Both the position numbers and the translations under genes were made by a program. DNA of 62,945 bases, the filler included, from Candidatus Tectimicrobiota bacterium (lineage in GTDB: Bacteria > JACPSX01): assembly GCA_016193065.1 (NCBI GenBank). It is 6 parts of 6 records of this genome, joined end to end, with 100 filler letters (N's around TTAATTAATTAA, not from the genome) between each part and the next. Parts side by side here need not be neighbours in the genome. Positions count along the whole stretch, not along the records: positions 37,960 to 48,761 come from JACPSX010000003.1; positions 48,862 to 58,140 come from JACPSX010000133.1; 4 more parts are not named here. One strand, 5' to 3'. The notes under the pieces are model-generated. The model was given only the letters and a program-made list of their open reading frames with translations, was not told the DNA's origin and did not search any database. Shown piece after piece: positions 46,870 through 57,827 of this stretch (its first letter is position 1; every line of letters starts with the position of its first letter).

Positions 46870-47589
46870 TTGATGAAAGCAATTATCGTTGGTGCCTCTT
46901 CGGGTATCGGTGCGGCTTTGGCGCATGTCCTCATCCAGCACGGTTATCGTGTGGGTCTCGTTGCCAGGCGATTACCCCTCCTGCTCGAGTTGCAGAAGAA
47001 ACTCGGACCCACCTCGTTTGTCAAACAGGCTGATATCGCGGACACGGCTGCCGGAAGAGAGCGACTCTACGAGCTGATCAGAGAGATCGGCGGTGTCGAT
47101 CTGGTTGTGATCAGCGCAGGCACGGGATTTATCAATCCTTCTCTCGATTGGGATTTGGAAGAACAAACGATCGCCGTGAATGTGTCCGGGTTTACTGCGG
47201 TTGCGGATGTGGCGATGCACTGGTTTCTGAAGCAGTCGTCGGGTCATCTGGTGAGCATTTCCTCAATTGCGGCTTTACGCGGAAGCGGTGAGGCCCCTGC
47301 CTATAACGCTTCGAAGGCGTTCGTGTCCAATTATATGGATGGGCTGCGTCAGAAGGTTACAAAGTTAGGGGTGCCGATCATCATCACAGACATTCAAGCA
47401 GGATTTGTTGATACAGCGATGGCAAGGGGTGAGGGCTTGTTCTGGGTGGCTTCGCCGGAAAAGGCCGCAGTCCAGATCTACCAGGCCATCCGAAAGAAGA
47501 GAAAGCATGCGTATGTTACAAAACGCTGGCGGCTCATTGGCTGGTTCCTTAAGTTTGCACCCAATAACTTATACGATCGATTGGTTTAA
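46870..47589 (+). CDS. SDR family oxidoreductase
   Basis: GASSGIG, YNASK. Confidence 0.9.
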   Translation: MMKAIIVGASSGIGAALAHVLIQHGYRVGLVARRLPLLLELQKKLGPTSFVKQADIADTAAGRERLYELIREIGGVDLVVISAGTGFINPSLDWDLEEQTIAVNVSGFTAVADVAMHWFLKQSSGHLVSISSIAALRGSGEAPAYNASKAFVSNYMDGLRQKVTKLGVPIIITDIQAGFVDTAMARGEGLFWVASPEKAAVQIYQAIRKKRKHAYVTKRWRLIGWFLKFAPNNLYDRLV

Positions 47590-47680
47590 TCCATGGACTG
47601 CCAAAGTGTGGCTGCTATTGCGACCGTTCTGAAACCATTCATAAACCCGCCGTTCTCAGTAAGGTTCAAAGGAGGAGATC

Positions 47681-47749
47681 ATGGCAGTGAAACGGGTCTG
47701 TGCCATCGACATCCATTAGGGGAATGCCAAGCGGTTGTTGAAGATGTAA
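47681..47749 (+). pseudogene. Collapsed amidohydrolase-family gene remnant
   Basis: AGGAGG RBS, MAVKRVCAIDIH*GNAKRLLKM*. Confidence 0.5.
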
Positions 47750-47858
47750 AATGCCCAGGTATTGTTCTTCGCGAACGATCTTTACCTGTGAGTTCACGTG
47801 ATCTTTGAGGGTAAAGCAGTATGGTTTAGGGAGCGGTAGCGGTTAGGGAGGGGGAAAA

Positions 47859-48761
47859 ATGACAGCGGGAATCGTTGCTGGCTTATTTGCCGCCGCGCTC
47901 GCTTCGCCCGCCTGGGCCGATGTGGGACACGGGCATGCCTCCGAGGTGAAAATAGCCGGGCCGCTGTGGGTTTGGGCCGCGGGACTCGGCGGTTTGACCC
48001 TCATCGTGTTCATCCTGATCCGGCTGGCCCGCCGGGGAAGCTTCACCGCCGAGCGATTCCGGGGCTTCAGCCGCAACGCCCGCCTGCTGATCCTGCGCAG
48101 CCCGTTCAGCGGCCTGTCCGCGAGCCTGGTGCGTCTCCTCTTCAACCTCTATCTCCTGGCCGTGGGCTTCGACACGCTGTTTGTGGCCAAGTTCGCGGCC
48201 GTCAACTGGATCTTCCACGGCCTCTCCGTCATCCCGTCCGGAATCCTGTCGGACCTCTTTGGCCGTCGTCGTGTCTTCCTTATTGGCTACACCGGCAACC
48301 TCCTGGCCACGGCCGCGATCCTCTTCGTCACGGATCCCACCTGGCTCCTCGTCCTGGCGGCGATCATCGGTCTTTTCGAGGGCGGTCACGCCATTGTGGG
48401 TCCCCCCTTCATGGTCGAGCAGAGCCGGCCGGAGGAGCGCGTACACCTCTTCAGCCTGAACGGGGGAATCCAGGTGGGCGCCGCCAGCCTGGGAAACCTG
48501 GCGGCCGGTGTGCTTCCGTTTGTCTTCGCTGCTCTGCTGGGAATCGGGCCGGAAAGCGCCTGGGCCCGGCGAGGCGCCCTGATCTGCGCCCTGCCCATCA
48601 TGCTTTTCTCCATGATCCCCATCTATCTGATCCGGGAGGAGTGGAAACCGATCGATATCCGGCGCTGGGTGAAGGGCATCGAGAGCTACGGGCGGATCGG
48701 GATGCTGGCATTGACGGAGGGATTGGTCGGACTCGCCCTGGGATTCTCCGCTCCCTTCTTC
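47859..48761 (+). CDS. MFS transporter (3' truncated)
   Basis: GILSDLFGRRR, multiple TM. Confidence 0.85.
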
Positions 48762-48861
48762 NNNNNNNNNNNNNNNNNNNNNNNNNNNNNNNNNNNNNNN
48801 NNNNNTTAATTAATTAANNNNNNNNNNNNNNNNNNNNNNNNNNNNNNNNNNNNNNNNNNNN

Positions 48862-50431
48862 CTCCTTCGGGCTTCGGGTTCGTCACGGTCACCGGAAAGG
48901 TCCCCACCCGCCGCAAAAGTCGGGCGGGGATAATGGCCCTAAGCTCTGTGGGGCTGAGGAATTCCGTGTGCAGGCCCACCCCATCAAGCCGCGCCACAGA
49001 TTCCCTCTGGAAGGAAGTCCCCCTCAGGGTAATCTCCGTCTCTGGATCCTCCTCGGTAGCAATGACCGGAGAGAGCTTCTCGATTTGAGGGAGGGGATTC
49101 CCGTAAAACTCCTCGTGGCTGGGCCGCGGGATCGGATTGGTAAATTCCCGGTGAAATCCGTGATCGAGAACGCGCCCGCCCTGAATCACCCGGTCGATTT
49201 TCTGGGTGTTGGAAATGCTCTCCAGGGGGTTCAAGCCAAGCACCACCAGGTCCGCCAGTTTTCCGGGCGCAATGCTCCCGAGATCTTTTTCCTTCTGGAG
49301 AAATTCCGCCGCCACCGTGGTGGCCGATTGCAGAGCTTGCATGGGGGTCATGCCCGCCTCGACCAAAAGTTCCAGCTCCCGATGGAGCCCGATTCCGGGA
49401 ACGACGGCCCCTGTATCGGACTCGGCCACGACCTTTCCTCCGGCCCTGGCCAACTGGCCAATGAAATCCCGGTGCTGGATGAAACCCTGGCGCAGATCCT
49501 CAAAGCTGTACTTGGCCGTGGCCCCGTATACCGCGTTGTAGTTGTCCAACCAGTAACGCCGGCGGTCCTCGGGAATGTAGTCGAGCCCCGGCTGCCTGAG
49601 CAGATGAAAATCCTCGTATTCGTGCTGCCGGCGATGCTCGACGACGGCACCCCACAGGGTAATCAGATTCGGCCCTACATAAGTCCCGCGCTCGACGAAA
49701 ATCTGGATGAGCTCATCAAAGTAGCGGGGCTCCATGAGATGACCCGGGCCGATGAACTTTTCAATGAGAGTGGAAAACTGGGCGAGCTTTTGGACACGGA
49801 GGGGATCGCGGATCGTGGCCCGATCGATTCCCGTGGCGTGCTCCACACCGTCAAGACCCGCCAGTACCGCGTCCCGGGCGCTCAGGTCAATGTGCCCCGT
49901 GACCCGCAGGCCAGCCCGGTGCGCCTCTTCGGCCACAGCACGGATCATGTCGGCCGTCACCCCCAGGTGAACCTTGATCACGTCCACGCCGCACTCGATC
50001 AGTTTTTTTGTCTCCCGGCGGGCCTCCTCCGGGGAACTGACCGGGATGTGGTGGCTGCGTGCACCCCGGGCAATGAGAAGGCTGCCCGAAGCAAAAATGC
50101 GGGGGCCGACGATCTTTCCCCGAGTCACCCCTTCCCTCTGGGCCAAAATCCACTCGGTCGGATTCCCCAGGTCCTTGACCGAGGTGACCCCGAAGGCCAG
50201 AAAAAGCTCGGGCATCCAGTCCCGGTAGTGCACGTGGCTGTCAATAAGGCCAGGAATGATCCATTTCCCCGGAGCTTCGATCACTTCCGCCCCCGGGGGA
50301 ACCGACACCATTTGCCCTTGCCCGATCTGGTGGAAACGATCCCCCTCGATAACGATGACGGAATTCTGCAGGGATTTTCCCCCACTGACGTCGATCAGCG
50401 TGCCTCCCCGGATGACCAGTGTTTGACTCAC
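48862..50431 (-). CDS. Amidohydrolase family protein with C-terminal IPT/TIG-like domain (3' truncated)
   Basis: PGLIDSHVH, GSIAPGKLADLVVL; beta-rich tail ending VTVTNP. Confidence 0.85.
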
Positions 50432-50446
50432 GATCTCCTCCGACGG

Positions 50447-51436
50447 TTACCGGCCAAACACGCGCTTTTGGGCCTCCCGCAAATAGCTCATGTCGATGAA
50501 CTTGGTTGCCGGAGGATAGGGCTTTTTTAAGTCCCCCATCTCTCCCAGGCTCTCGATGACTCTTTCCACCCCCCGTTCCGGGACGGTTCCGTCCAGGGGC
50601 TGCACCTTATTGGCGATATAGTACTCGTAGGCCCGATCCGCGTAATCCACGGGAACACCGGTCTCCTTGGCGGCAATCTCGACGGCCTCTTTGCGGTTGG
50701 CGTGAATCCAGCGGTTAGACTTCAAAATGCCTTCCAGAAAATCGACCACCTTACCCGGATTTTCTTTCGCCCACTTCCCTCCCACGTTGATGTCCGTGAA
50801 CTGGAACTCCTTCACGTACTGGGAGAGATTGCTTACTTCCGGATACCCCTTGTCGATGGCCACGTAGTTCGTGGGGATCATGAGCATCACTGCCGAGATA
50901 TTGCCTGCCTCCAGAGCCATCATGCGCTCCTGCGTGGAACCTACCTGAACCATCTTGTAGTCCCGTGGGAACTCCATCCCGTTGGTCCGTAAGATCTCCT
51001 GCATGAGGACGGTCGTCCCGCTCTTGAGCCCCGAGACCCCCAGGGTCGTTCCCTTCAGATCCTTCAGAGTCTTGTACTCCTTGCGGGCCACCAGACTGAA
51101 ACCGGGCACGTTATTCAGGGAGGCGATGATCTTCATGTCCTGGCCTTTTTCAACCAGCCGGATCACCCCCTCGGCGGCACTGGTAGAAAACTGGATGGAA
51201 CCGGCCAGTAGAGCCTGAGCTTCCACGTCCAGGCGCGGCACAACCGAATAGCCCACATCCATCCCCTTTTCCTTGAAAAAACCCTTTTGCTGTCCGACCC
51301 AAACGGGAAGGTAAGCTTGATTCTTCCCTACCATCCCCACGGTGATCTTCTCCGCCGCCGGAGCCGGAGAGACCGCCAGAGCGACCATCAAAATCCCCGC
51401 CGGTATCCAGAACCGACTTCTGTTCGCAAACCGCAT
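50447..51436 (-). CDS. NitT/TauT family ABC substrate-binding protein
   Basis: Signal peptide; KGFFKEKG, KDLKGTTLGV. Confidence 0.85.
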   Translation of the reverse strand: MRFANRSRFWIPAGILMVALAVSPAPAAEKITVGMVGKNQAYLPVWVGQQKGFFKEKGMDVGYSVVPRLDVEAQALLAGSIQFSTSAAEGVIRLVEKGQDMKIIASLNNVPGFSLVARKEYKTLKDLKGTTLGVSGLKSGTTVLMQEILRTNGMEFPRDYKMVQVGSTQERMMALEAGNISAVMLMIPTNYVAIDKGYPEVSNLSQYVKEFQFTDINVGGKWAKENPGKVVDFLEGILKSNRWIHANRKEAVEIAAKETGVPVDYADRAYEYYIANKVQPLDGTVPERGVERVIESLGEMGDLKKPYPPATKFIDMSYLREAQKRVFGR

Positions 51437-51489
51437 GGACTTTCCCTCCTTCTCCCAATTCCTCTCTCTGCCGCCCGGACTTGGGGCAC

Positions 51490-51626
51490 TGCAAAGCGCT
51501 CGTAATGGCGTTGTATCCCGCCCGCATTTTCTCCAGCTTCCGAGCCACAACCCGGCTCTCTGGAGTCAGCACAAACCCAAGTACCAGGAAAACAACGAAC
51601 ACCGCGGCACCCGCCCTTTTGGACAT
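51490..51626 (-). pseudogene. N-terminal remnant of another substrate-binding protein
   Basis: AAGGAG RBS, signal peptide, EKMRAGYNAIT, then loses protein-like character. Confidence 0.4.
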
Positions 51627-51790
51627 GGATCACTCCTTAGTTGACATTTCTCCGATCCAGAAGTGTTGGCTGGGAATTGCCTTTACAGGATGAAATTTTG
51701 GAATATTCTAAACCAGATCCGGAAAACGGGCAACGGGATTCTGTGCCGCTCTTTCGCTAATTCTGCCGGGTTCTTAGCGGAGAGGGGATC

Positions 51791-52375
51791 ATGAAAAATC
51801 TCATCCGATTCTTGCCCCTGATCTTTGTCGTCGGCCTGCTCAGTACCATCCAGATCATCCCACCGGGATGGCAATCCGAAGCATTTCAAGCGCAGTCCGA
51901 GCCCCCCGTGCTGGCTCCCTTTGAGCCGACGCCCATGGAGGTCGTCATCCCCATGCTGATCCTGGCCGACATCCGCGCCGGGGACGTGCTTTACGATTTG
52001 GGCTCGGGAGACGGGCGGATCGTCATTGCCGCCGCCAAGAGGTACGGTATCCGCGGGGTCGGCGTTGAGATCGACCCCGAGCTTGTCCGGGAATCCCGAG
52101 AAAAGGCGCGCAAGGAGAGAGTCGAACACCTGGTCGAGTTCCGCCTGCAAGATGCTCTGACCGTCGATCTCTCCGCAGCCACGATCGTCACATTGTACCT
52201 CTATCCGGATGCGAACTTGCTGCTGCGGCCCATATTACGGAAGCAATTGCGGGCAGGAGCACGGGTTGTCTCCCACGATTTCGACATGGGAGACTGGAAA
52301 CCGGATAAATCCGAGAAACTGAAGGATAACCAGGGCGAGAATCACACCATCTACCTCTGGCGCATCAAAAAGTAA
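51791..52375 (+). CDS. Class I SAM-dependent methyltransferase with signal-like N-terminus
   Basis: YDLGSGDGRIVI, GVEIDP, RVVSHDF. Confidence 0.9.
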   Translation: MKNLIRFLPLIFVVGLLSTIQIIPPGWQSEAFQAQSEPPVLAPFEPTPMEVVIPMLILADIRAGDVLYDLGSGDGRIVIAAAKRYGIRGVGVEIDPELVRESREKARKERVEHLVEFRLQDALTVDLSAATIVTLYLYPDANLLLRPILRKQLRAGARVVSHDFDMGDWKPDKSEKLKDNQGENHTIYLWRIKK

Positions 52376-52836
52376 GCGCCCCGCAGCCCCGGCAGAGCTC
52401 GTAATGACTCGGGGACTGCCTCCCGCCCTTCGATGCTCTCCCTCCGAGGGAGTAACCCCCGCAGGCGACCTACAGGGTTGCTGGAAGAGACCGGGTGTGC
52501 CCCGTAGGGCGACTTACCTGTCTGCGTGTCCGCACAGGCAGGAAGTTTTGCAGGCGCCGCAGCCGGAAGACTTGAATCTCCTCGTATGCGAAAACCAACC
52601 GTCCCTAAATCGCCCTCCCGCGCAAAAGTTTACCGGGTACCCGCAGGGCGGGTGCCCAAGGGGCACCCCGGTCTCTCATTACCTTTTCCTCTTGCCGCAA
52701 GCTGTTCGGGAGCTCAAGGATACTCCCGAGGACATCGCATACGCAAAGGGAGGAAAACCGTTGACAGAGGAAATAGGCATGAGGTAGAAGACGGAGAACG
52801 CTTCATCCCCCTTCGTGCTTTCAGCGAGGAAACTTA

Positions 52837-54078
52837 GTGATCCTGGAGCCTGGAGACGGCTTTGGCCGCTCCCTCAGAGACCTGCCCCGCTATCTCAACG
52901 GCGCCACCATCAGTCACGGCTTCATTGCCTGGCTCTTTGCCGTCACCGGCCCTCTCCTCGTCCTTCTCAATGCCGCCCAGCAAGGCAAGCTCCCCCAGGA
53001 GATTGTGAGCTCCTGGATCTTTGCGGGCTACGGCATGGGCGGTGTGCTCAGCATCTTCCTCTCCCTCTACTACCGCCAGCCCATCGCCTCCGCCTGGACC
53101 ATCCCGGGCGCGATCCTGGTGGGGAATTTCCTGACCCACTTCTCGTTTGAACAGGCCGTAGGGGCCTACATCGTCACCGGACTCCTGATCACCTTCCTGG
53201 GGGTCTCCGGCGTCATCAAAAAGCTCATGGAATGGATCCCCATGCCGATCATTCTGGGCATGGTTTCCGGCGTTCTCCTACCCTTCGGCATCAATATCAT
53301 TAAGGCGCTGGGCCAGACTCCTTTCCTCACAAGTGCCACCGTCGCCATTTTTCTCGCCAGCACCTTCCTGGGCACCCTGACCAGGCGCTTCCCTCCCATC
53401 CTGTGGGCCATCCTGGGGGGGTTGATCGTTGCCACCGTGCAGGGGGAGGTGCATTGGGAGTTTTTTTCCCTGAATTTCATTTCTCCCCAGTTTTTCACCC
53501 CAAAGTTCAGCCTCTCGGCCGCCGCCGAACTCGTGATCCCGCTGGCTCTCACGGTAATCGCGGTGCAAAACGGTCAAGGCTTTGCGATCCTCAAAAACGC
53601 CAACTACAATCCCCCCATTAACGCCTTCACAATTTACACGGGGGTGGGTTCCCTGGTCAGCGGGGTCTTCGGCTGCCACTCAGCCTGCATCACGGGGCCC
53701 ATGAACGCCATCATCTCTTCGCCCACGGCGGGAGCCCAGGAGGGGCGCTATGCGGGCGGTGTGGTGGCAGGATTTCTGTTCCTGCCCTTTGCGGCCCTGG
53801 CTCCGGTAGCTGCCGCTATCACCCGCCTTTTTCCTGCTGCCCTCATTAACGTCCTGGGGGGACTTGCGCTGATCTACGTCCTGGCGGCTTCCTTCGGGCA
53901 ATCCTTTTCGGGCTCCTTTCGCCTGGGCGCCCTGTTTTCTTTCATGATCACCCTGTCGAACTTCACCCTGTTCAACATCGGATCCCCCTTCTGGGGGCTG
54001 GTGGGCGGTGTCCTCATTTCCCTGGTCCTGGAGCGCCGGGACTTCGAAACTCTGCGTCAATCCGCGCCGGCAAAATAA
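52837..54078 (+). CDS. BenE family benzoate/H+ symporter-like transporter
   Basis: YRQPIASAWTIPGA, QNGQGFAIL, NIGSPFWGLV. Confidence 0.85.
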   Translation: MILEPGDGFGRSLRDLPRYLNGATISHGFIAWLFAVTGPLLVLLNAAQQGKLPQEIVSSWIFAGYGMGGVLSIFLSLYYRQPIASAWTIPGAILVGNFLTHFSFEQAVGAYIVTGLLITFLGVSGVIKKLMEWIPMPIILGMVSGVLLPFGINIIKALGQTPFLTSATVAIFLASTFLGTLTRRFPPILWAILGGLIVATVQGEVHWEFFSLNFISPQFFTPKFSLSAAAELVIPLALTVIAVQNGQGFAILKNANYNPPINAFTIYTGVGSLVSGVFGCHSACITGPMNAIISSPTAGAQEGRYAGGVVAGFLFLPFAALAPVAAAITRLFPAALINVLGGLALIYVLAASFGQSFSGSFRLGALFSFMITLSNFTLFNIGSPFWGLVGGVLISLVLERRDFETLRQSAPAK

Positions 54079-54080
54079 AA

Positions 54081-54104
54081 GGCGCCCGGGAAACCCCGGG
54101 CGCC
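54081..54104 (-). terminator. Rho-independent terminator between convergent benE-like and fumarase genes
   Basis: GGCGCCCGGG-aaac-CCCGGGCGCC followed on the minus strand by TTTTATTTT. Confidence 0.75.
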
Positions 54105-54122
54105 TCCGAGAGATCCTGAACA

Positions 54123-54698
54123 CTACTTGTGGGAAGAGACAATCTCCTGGTACTTGCCCTGAGAGATCTGTAAGATGTCCCGGTGCAGGCTGTTGCCGTG
54201 GCTGTCCATTGTGACCACGGCCGGGAAGCTGCGCACGGAGAATTCCCAGATCGCCTCGGGGCTGCCGAACTTCTCCATCAAGTGCACCCCGCGCACCTCG
54301 GTGACGCATTCGGCCAGCACCTGGGCCGCCCCGCCGATGGCGTGGAGGTAAACGCAACCGAACCGCTCGCAGGCCTTCAGCGTTTTATCTCCCATTCCCC
54401 CTTTGCCGATGATTCCACGGATCCGGAACTTCTCGATAATTCCCGCCTGGTAGGGTTCTTCCCGGATGGAGGTCGTGGGACCCGCGGCCACCACCGTCCA
54501 GCGTCCGTTCCTCTGGATGACCACCGGCCCGCAGTGGTAGATGATCGCGTCTTTCAGCGAGACCGGAGGGACTCCGCCCTCGTGCAGAAATTTGTGAACC
54601 GCATCGCGGCCGGTAAATATGATTCCGGAGATTTCCACCAAGTTGCCCACCTTCAGGGGCCGAACCTTTTTTTCCGTAAACGGAGCCTCTAGCAACAT
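54123..54698 (-). CDS. Class I fumarate hydratase, beta subunit
   Basis: GRDAVH, YHCGP, GPTTSIR, IGKGG. Confidence 0.9.
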   Translation of the reverse strand: MLLEAPFTEKKVRPLKVGNLVEISGIIFTGRDAVHKFLHEGGVPPVSLKDAIIYHCGPVVIQRNGRWTVVAAGPTTSIREEPYQAGIIEKFRIRGIIGKGGMGDKTLKACERFGCVYLHAIGGAAQVLAECVTEVRGVHLMEKFGSPEAIWEFSVRSFPAVVTMDSHGNSLHRDILQISQGKYQEIVSSHK

Positions 54699-54728
54699 GG
54701 CATCCCGCTCCTCTGCAGAGCGCCGGCC

Positions 54729-55607
54729 TCAGTACAGCCAGCGCGCGATATCTCCTCCGTTACTCAGGACAAACCCCTGGCGCCGGAAGGCCCAGCACAT
54801 ATAAGAGACGCTGACGAAGTAGCTGGCGGGGAGCCGGTTCAGGACCCCGATCTTCACCCCCAGCACGGTCGTCTTGCCGCCAAAGCCCATAGGCCCGATC
54901 CCCAGGTCATTCCCCTTCTCCACCATCTCTTCCTCGAGCTGCGCCAGCACCGGATCCGGGTTCCTGTCGTCCAGGGCGCGCAGGAGCTGCTCTTTGGAAT
55001 GCGCGTAGCCCGTGGCCCGGTCGCCTCCAACCCCCACGCCCAGGATCCCCGGTCCGCACCCCTTTCCCTGGGCCTGCAAGACCGCATCGAGAATGCATTT
55101 GCGAACCCCGTCCAGATCCCGATCCGCCTGGATGCGCCCGTCAGGGAGCGAGTACTGGACTCCCATGTTCTCGCACCCCCCTCCTTTCAAGATCAGGCGC
55201 ACGTCTGCTTCGGGGTTTTTCCTCTGCTCGAAGTGGAACGCGGGGGAGCCCGGACCCAGGTTGTTGCCCGTGTTGGCCCCAGTGATGGAATCCACGGAGT
55301 TCTGGCGCAAATACCCCTGGGCCGTGGATTCCGCCACGGCCTCGCGGGCCGCTTCCTCGAAGGCCAACTGATCAAACCCGGCCGGGACTTTCACATAGAA
55401 GAGGATCGAGCCCGTGTCCTGGCACAGGGGCTGGGATTTCTCCATGGCCAGAACAATGTTCTTCTGGATCACGTCCAGGGCATAGCGGGCATTGGTCCCG
55501 CTCTCTTCTTTCTCGACACCCTCTCGGAGCGCGTTCACCACGTCCCGGGGGAGTTCCGCCGAAGTGCGTCGAATCAGCTCGATGAGGTTTTCCTTGAGAT
55601 TCTTCAT
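54729..55607 (-). CDS. Class I fumarate hydratase, alpha subunit
   Basis: CQDTG, KGGGCEN, GIGPMGFGG, CWAFRR. Confidence 0.9.
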   Translation of the reverse strand: MKNLKENLIELIRRTSAELPRDVVNALREGVEKEESGTNARYALDVIQKNIVLAMEKSQPLCQDTGSILFYVKVPAGFDQLAFEEAAREAVAESTAQGYLRQNSVDSITGANTGNNLGPGSPAFHFEQRKNPEADVRLILKGGGCENMGVQYSLPDGRIQADRDLDGVRKCILDAVLQAQGKGCGPGILGVGVGGDRATGYAHSKEQLLRALDDRNPDPVLAQLEEEMVEKGNDLGIGPMGFGGKTTVLGVKIGVLNRLPASYFVSVSYMCWAFRRQGFVLSNGGDIARWLY

Positions 55608-55702
55608 GGCTGGGCTCCCTTTCCTAGCACTCCGGCCATTTTAAGGAGGTTCTGCCCGACAGGTCAATGAGTTATTCGCACAGGGGACACCAGTTTATTC
55701 GT

Positions 55703-56737
55703 CTATAAGACGCGAGCCTCCCCTTCCTCCCCCGCCTTGCCCGAAACCGAGATCTCCCGGGGGAGGAACCGCCCCACCACCCAGGCTCCGGTCAGGAGGT
55801 GATTCGTGACCCGGTGGGTCGTGAAGGCGGACGGCCCGGGGGCTAGGGCCAGGAAAGGGAGGATCTGGTCCGCCAGATGCTCGTCCAAGGCCCCCTTGCC
55901 GGCCCGAAAATCGACCCACTGTTCAAAGGCTTCCCGAGCTACCTCCTCCGACGGCTTGCCCCGGGCCCCTAGACTGCCGAACCCGGCCCGCACCTGCTCA
56001 AACTCAGCCACCAGAAAAACAAAGGTTCCTTTTCCCGGGGAGGGGGCTTCCACAATGGAAATCTCCGCGTCCTCCCCCGCTTCTCGAAGCAGCCTGCGGA
56101 GCTCCGCGGCCTGGCGGTCGGCAATGGAGCGGGGGAGATTAGAGACGGCGGAGATTCCCCGCAGCTTCCGGAGGGCTCCACGATCCTGCAGGTTGAGGGG
56201 GTTCCATCCACGGGCACGGCGCAGGGTCACCTCTACCTCTCCCCCTCCAGCCGGGTACCAGCCCCAACGGATCAGATCCACTCGGGCTTCACCACCCAGC
56301 TTTGCGATCATCGGGAGGAACACCTCCTGGACGTAGTGCACGGGCGGACTCCAGGGGACGTGGGTCCCTCCTTTCACCCTGAGGCGGGAAGGCACATCGG
56401 CCAGGCACAAAGGGAGAAAAACCGCCTGGAGTACCAGGGATACGGATCCCGCGCTCCCCTTCCGCTCCGCCACATCCCAATCATAGGTACCGCCCAGCAG
56501 GGGGCCGGGACGGAACTCGATTTCCCGGGAGCCCAGTTCATCACCCAGGACCCGGGCCGAGCAGATGTCCCGGGCAGCCAGCACGGAGGCGAGATGCTGG
56601 GGTTGAAGTCCCGGGTTCCTGCGTCCCGCCCGGATGTTCGTCAAGCGGAACGGCGTCCCCGTAACGCAAGACAGGGCCAGAGCCGTGCGCAGGATCTGGC
56701 CTCCGCCCTCGCCAGTCGAGCCATCCAATGTCAGCAC
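55703..56737 (-). CDS. rtcA: RNA 3'-terminal phosphate cyclase
   Basis: GEGGGQILR, PGLQPQH, GGTHV, GWYPAGGG, LDEHLADQ, HLLT. Confidence 0.92.
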   Translation of the reverse strand: MLTLDGSTGEGGGQILRTALALSCVTGTPFRLTNIRAGRRNPGLQPQHLASVLAARDICSARVLGDELGSREIEFRPGPLLGGTYDWDVAERKGSAGSVSLVLQAVFLPLCLADVPSRLRVKGGTHVPWSPPVHYVQEVFLPMIAKLGGEARVDLIRWGWYPAGGGEVEVTLRRARGWNPLNLQDRGALRKLRGISAVSNLPRSIADRQAAELRRLLREAGEDAEISIVEAPSPGKGTFVFLVAEFEQVRAGFGSLGARGKPSEEVAREAFEQWVDFRAGKGALDEHLADQILPFLALAPGPSAFTTHRVTNHLLTGAWVVGRFLPREISVSGKAGEEGEARVL

Positions 56738-56872
56738 AGGACCCTCCCGTTGCTATGACTGGTTTTCCTGCCGAATCTTGCCCCTTTCGATACTATAGAA
56801 GATGATCCCGAAGCCGTCACCTAGTCTTCCCGCCCCGGGGTTGAAATCCGGAGACCCTGCGAGGGAGGAGAG

Positions 56873-57763
56873 ATGGACAACCTGGATGTCCCAGACTCCT
56901 GGCATGAACTTGCAAACGTATTGGTTCGCGATCCGGGAGCGGTCCTCTTTCTTGGTGAACCGGATGCCGGCAAGAGCACCTGCGCCTTTTTCCTTGCCCA
57001 AGAACTTGCGGCCCGCAGTCTTTCCGTTGCGTTCGTTGATGGGGACATCGGACAGGCGCATCTGGGTCCCCCGGCAACCCAGGGGCTTGCCCTGGTCAAC
57101 TCCCAAGTACTTCAACTGCAGCACCTCTACTTCGTCGGCGCCATCACCCCCGCAGGCCATCTCTTGCAAGCGGCCGGAGGAATCAAGAAGCTTACAGATC
57201 GCGCCCGGGAACTAAAAGCAGAGATCATCCTGGTGAACACCACGGGCTTCATTAGCGGACAGGCGGCTACGGCTCTCAAGCTCCACAAGGTGGAGCTCCT
57301 GTCCCCGCGCCACATCGTGGCCCTCGAGCGCGGGGATGAACTGGCGGGAATTCTCACAGCCCTGGCCTCACCACCGGGAATTACCATCCACCGGCTGGCG
57401 GTCTCGCGTCGCGTGCTTCCTCGGACCCCGGAGCAGAGGCGAGCCTATCGCCGCCAGCGCTACCAGGACTATTTCTCGAACTCCGGACGGCTGGAGATCC
57501 CTCAGCACGGACCCATCGGAATTGAGTACGCTGGAAACGCCCCGCTTCTGGCCAAAAATCCTCCGGCCATGTTGGGTCTCCTGGTAGGTCTCAACGATCC
57601 AGAGGACTTCGCCCTGGGCGTGGGGATCATCCGGGAGCTTTGCGAAGATCCAGCGACGATGGCCGTGGAGTCCCCGCTTCAGGACCTGTCCGGGGTCGTC
57701 CGCTGCCGCTTCGGCACCGTCGCCGTGGGCCCCGACTGGGAGGACCGCCCGCTCGTTTCCTGA
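56873..57763 (+). CDS. Clp1/Grc3-like polynucleotide 5'-hydroxyl kinase
   Basis: GEPDAGKST Walker A, DGDIGQ Walker B, NTTGF, lid RTPEQRRAYR. Confidence 0.85.
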   Translation: MDNLDVPDSWHELANVLVRDPGAVLFLGEPDAGKSTCAFFLAQELAARSLSVAFVDGDIGQAHLGPPATQGLALVNSQVLQLQHLYFVGAITPAGHLLQAAGGIKKLTDRARELKAEIILVNTTGFISGQAATALKLHKVELLSPRHIVALERGDELAGILTALASPPGITIHRLAVSRRVLPRTPEQRRAYRRQRYQDYFSNSGRLEIPQHGPIGIEYAGNAPLLAKNPPAMLGLLVGLNDPEDFALGVGIIRELCEDPATMAVESPLQDLSGVVRCRFGTVAVGPDWEDRPLVS

Positions 57764-57827
57764 TGTGTGGTAAAATTTCAACTCAGCAGCAAGCTGAGAA
57801 GCCCGGTCCGGGACAGGGGAAAAAGCC

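Noticed and set aside
47717-47719. In-frame TAG as pyrrolysine
   Set aside because: Read-through gives only 22 aa; better explained as a deletion junction
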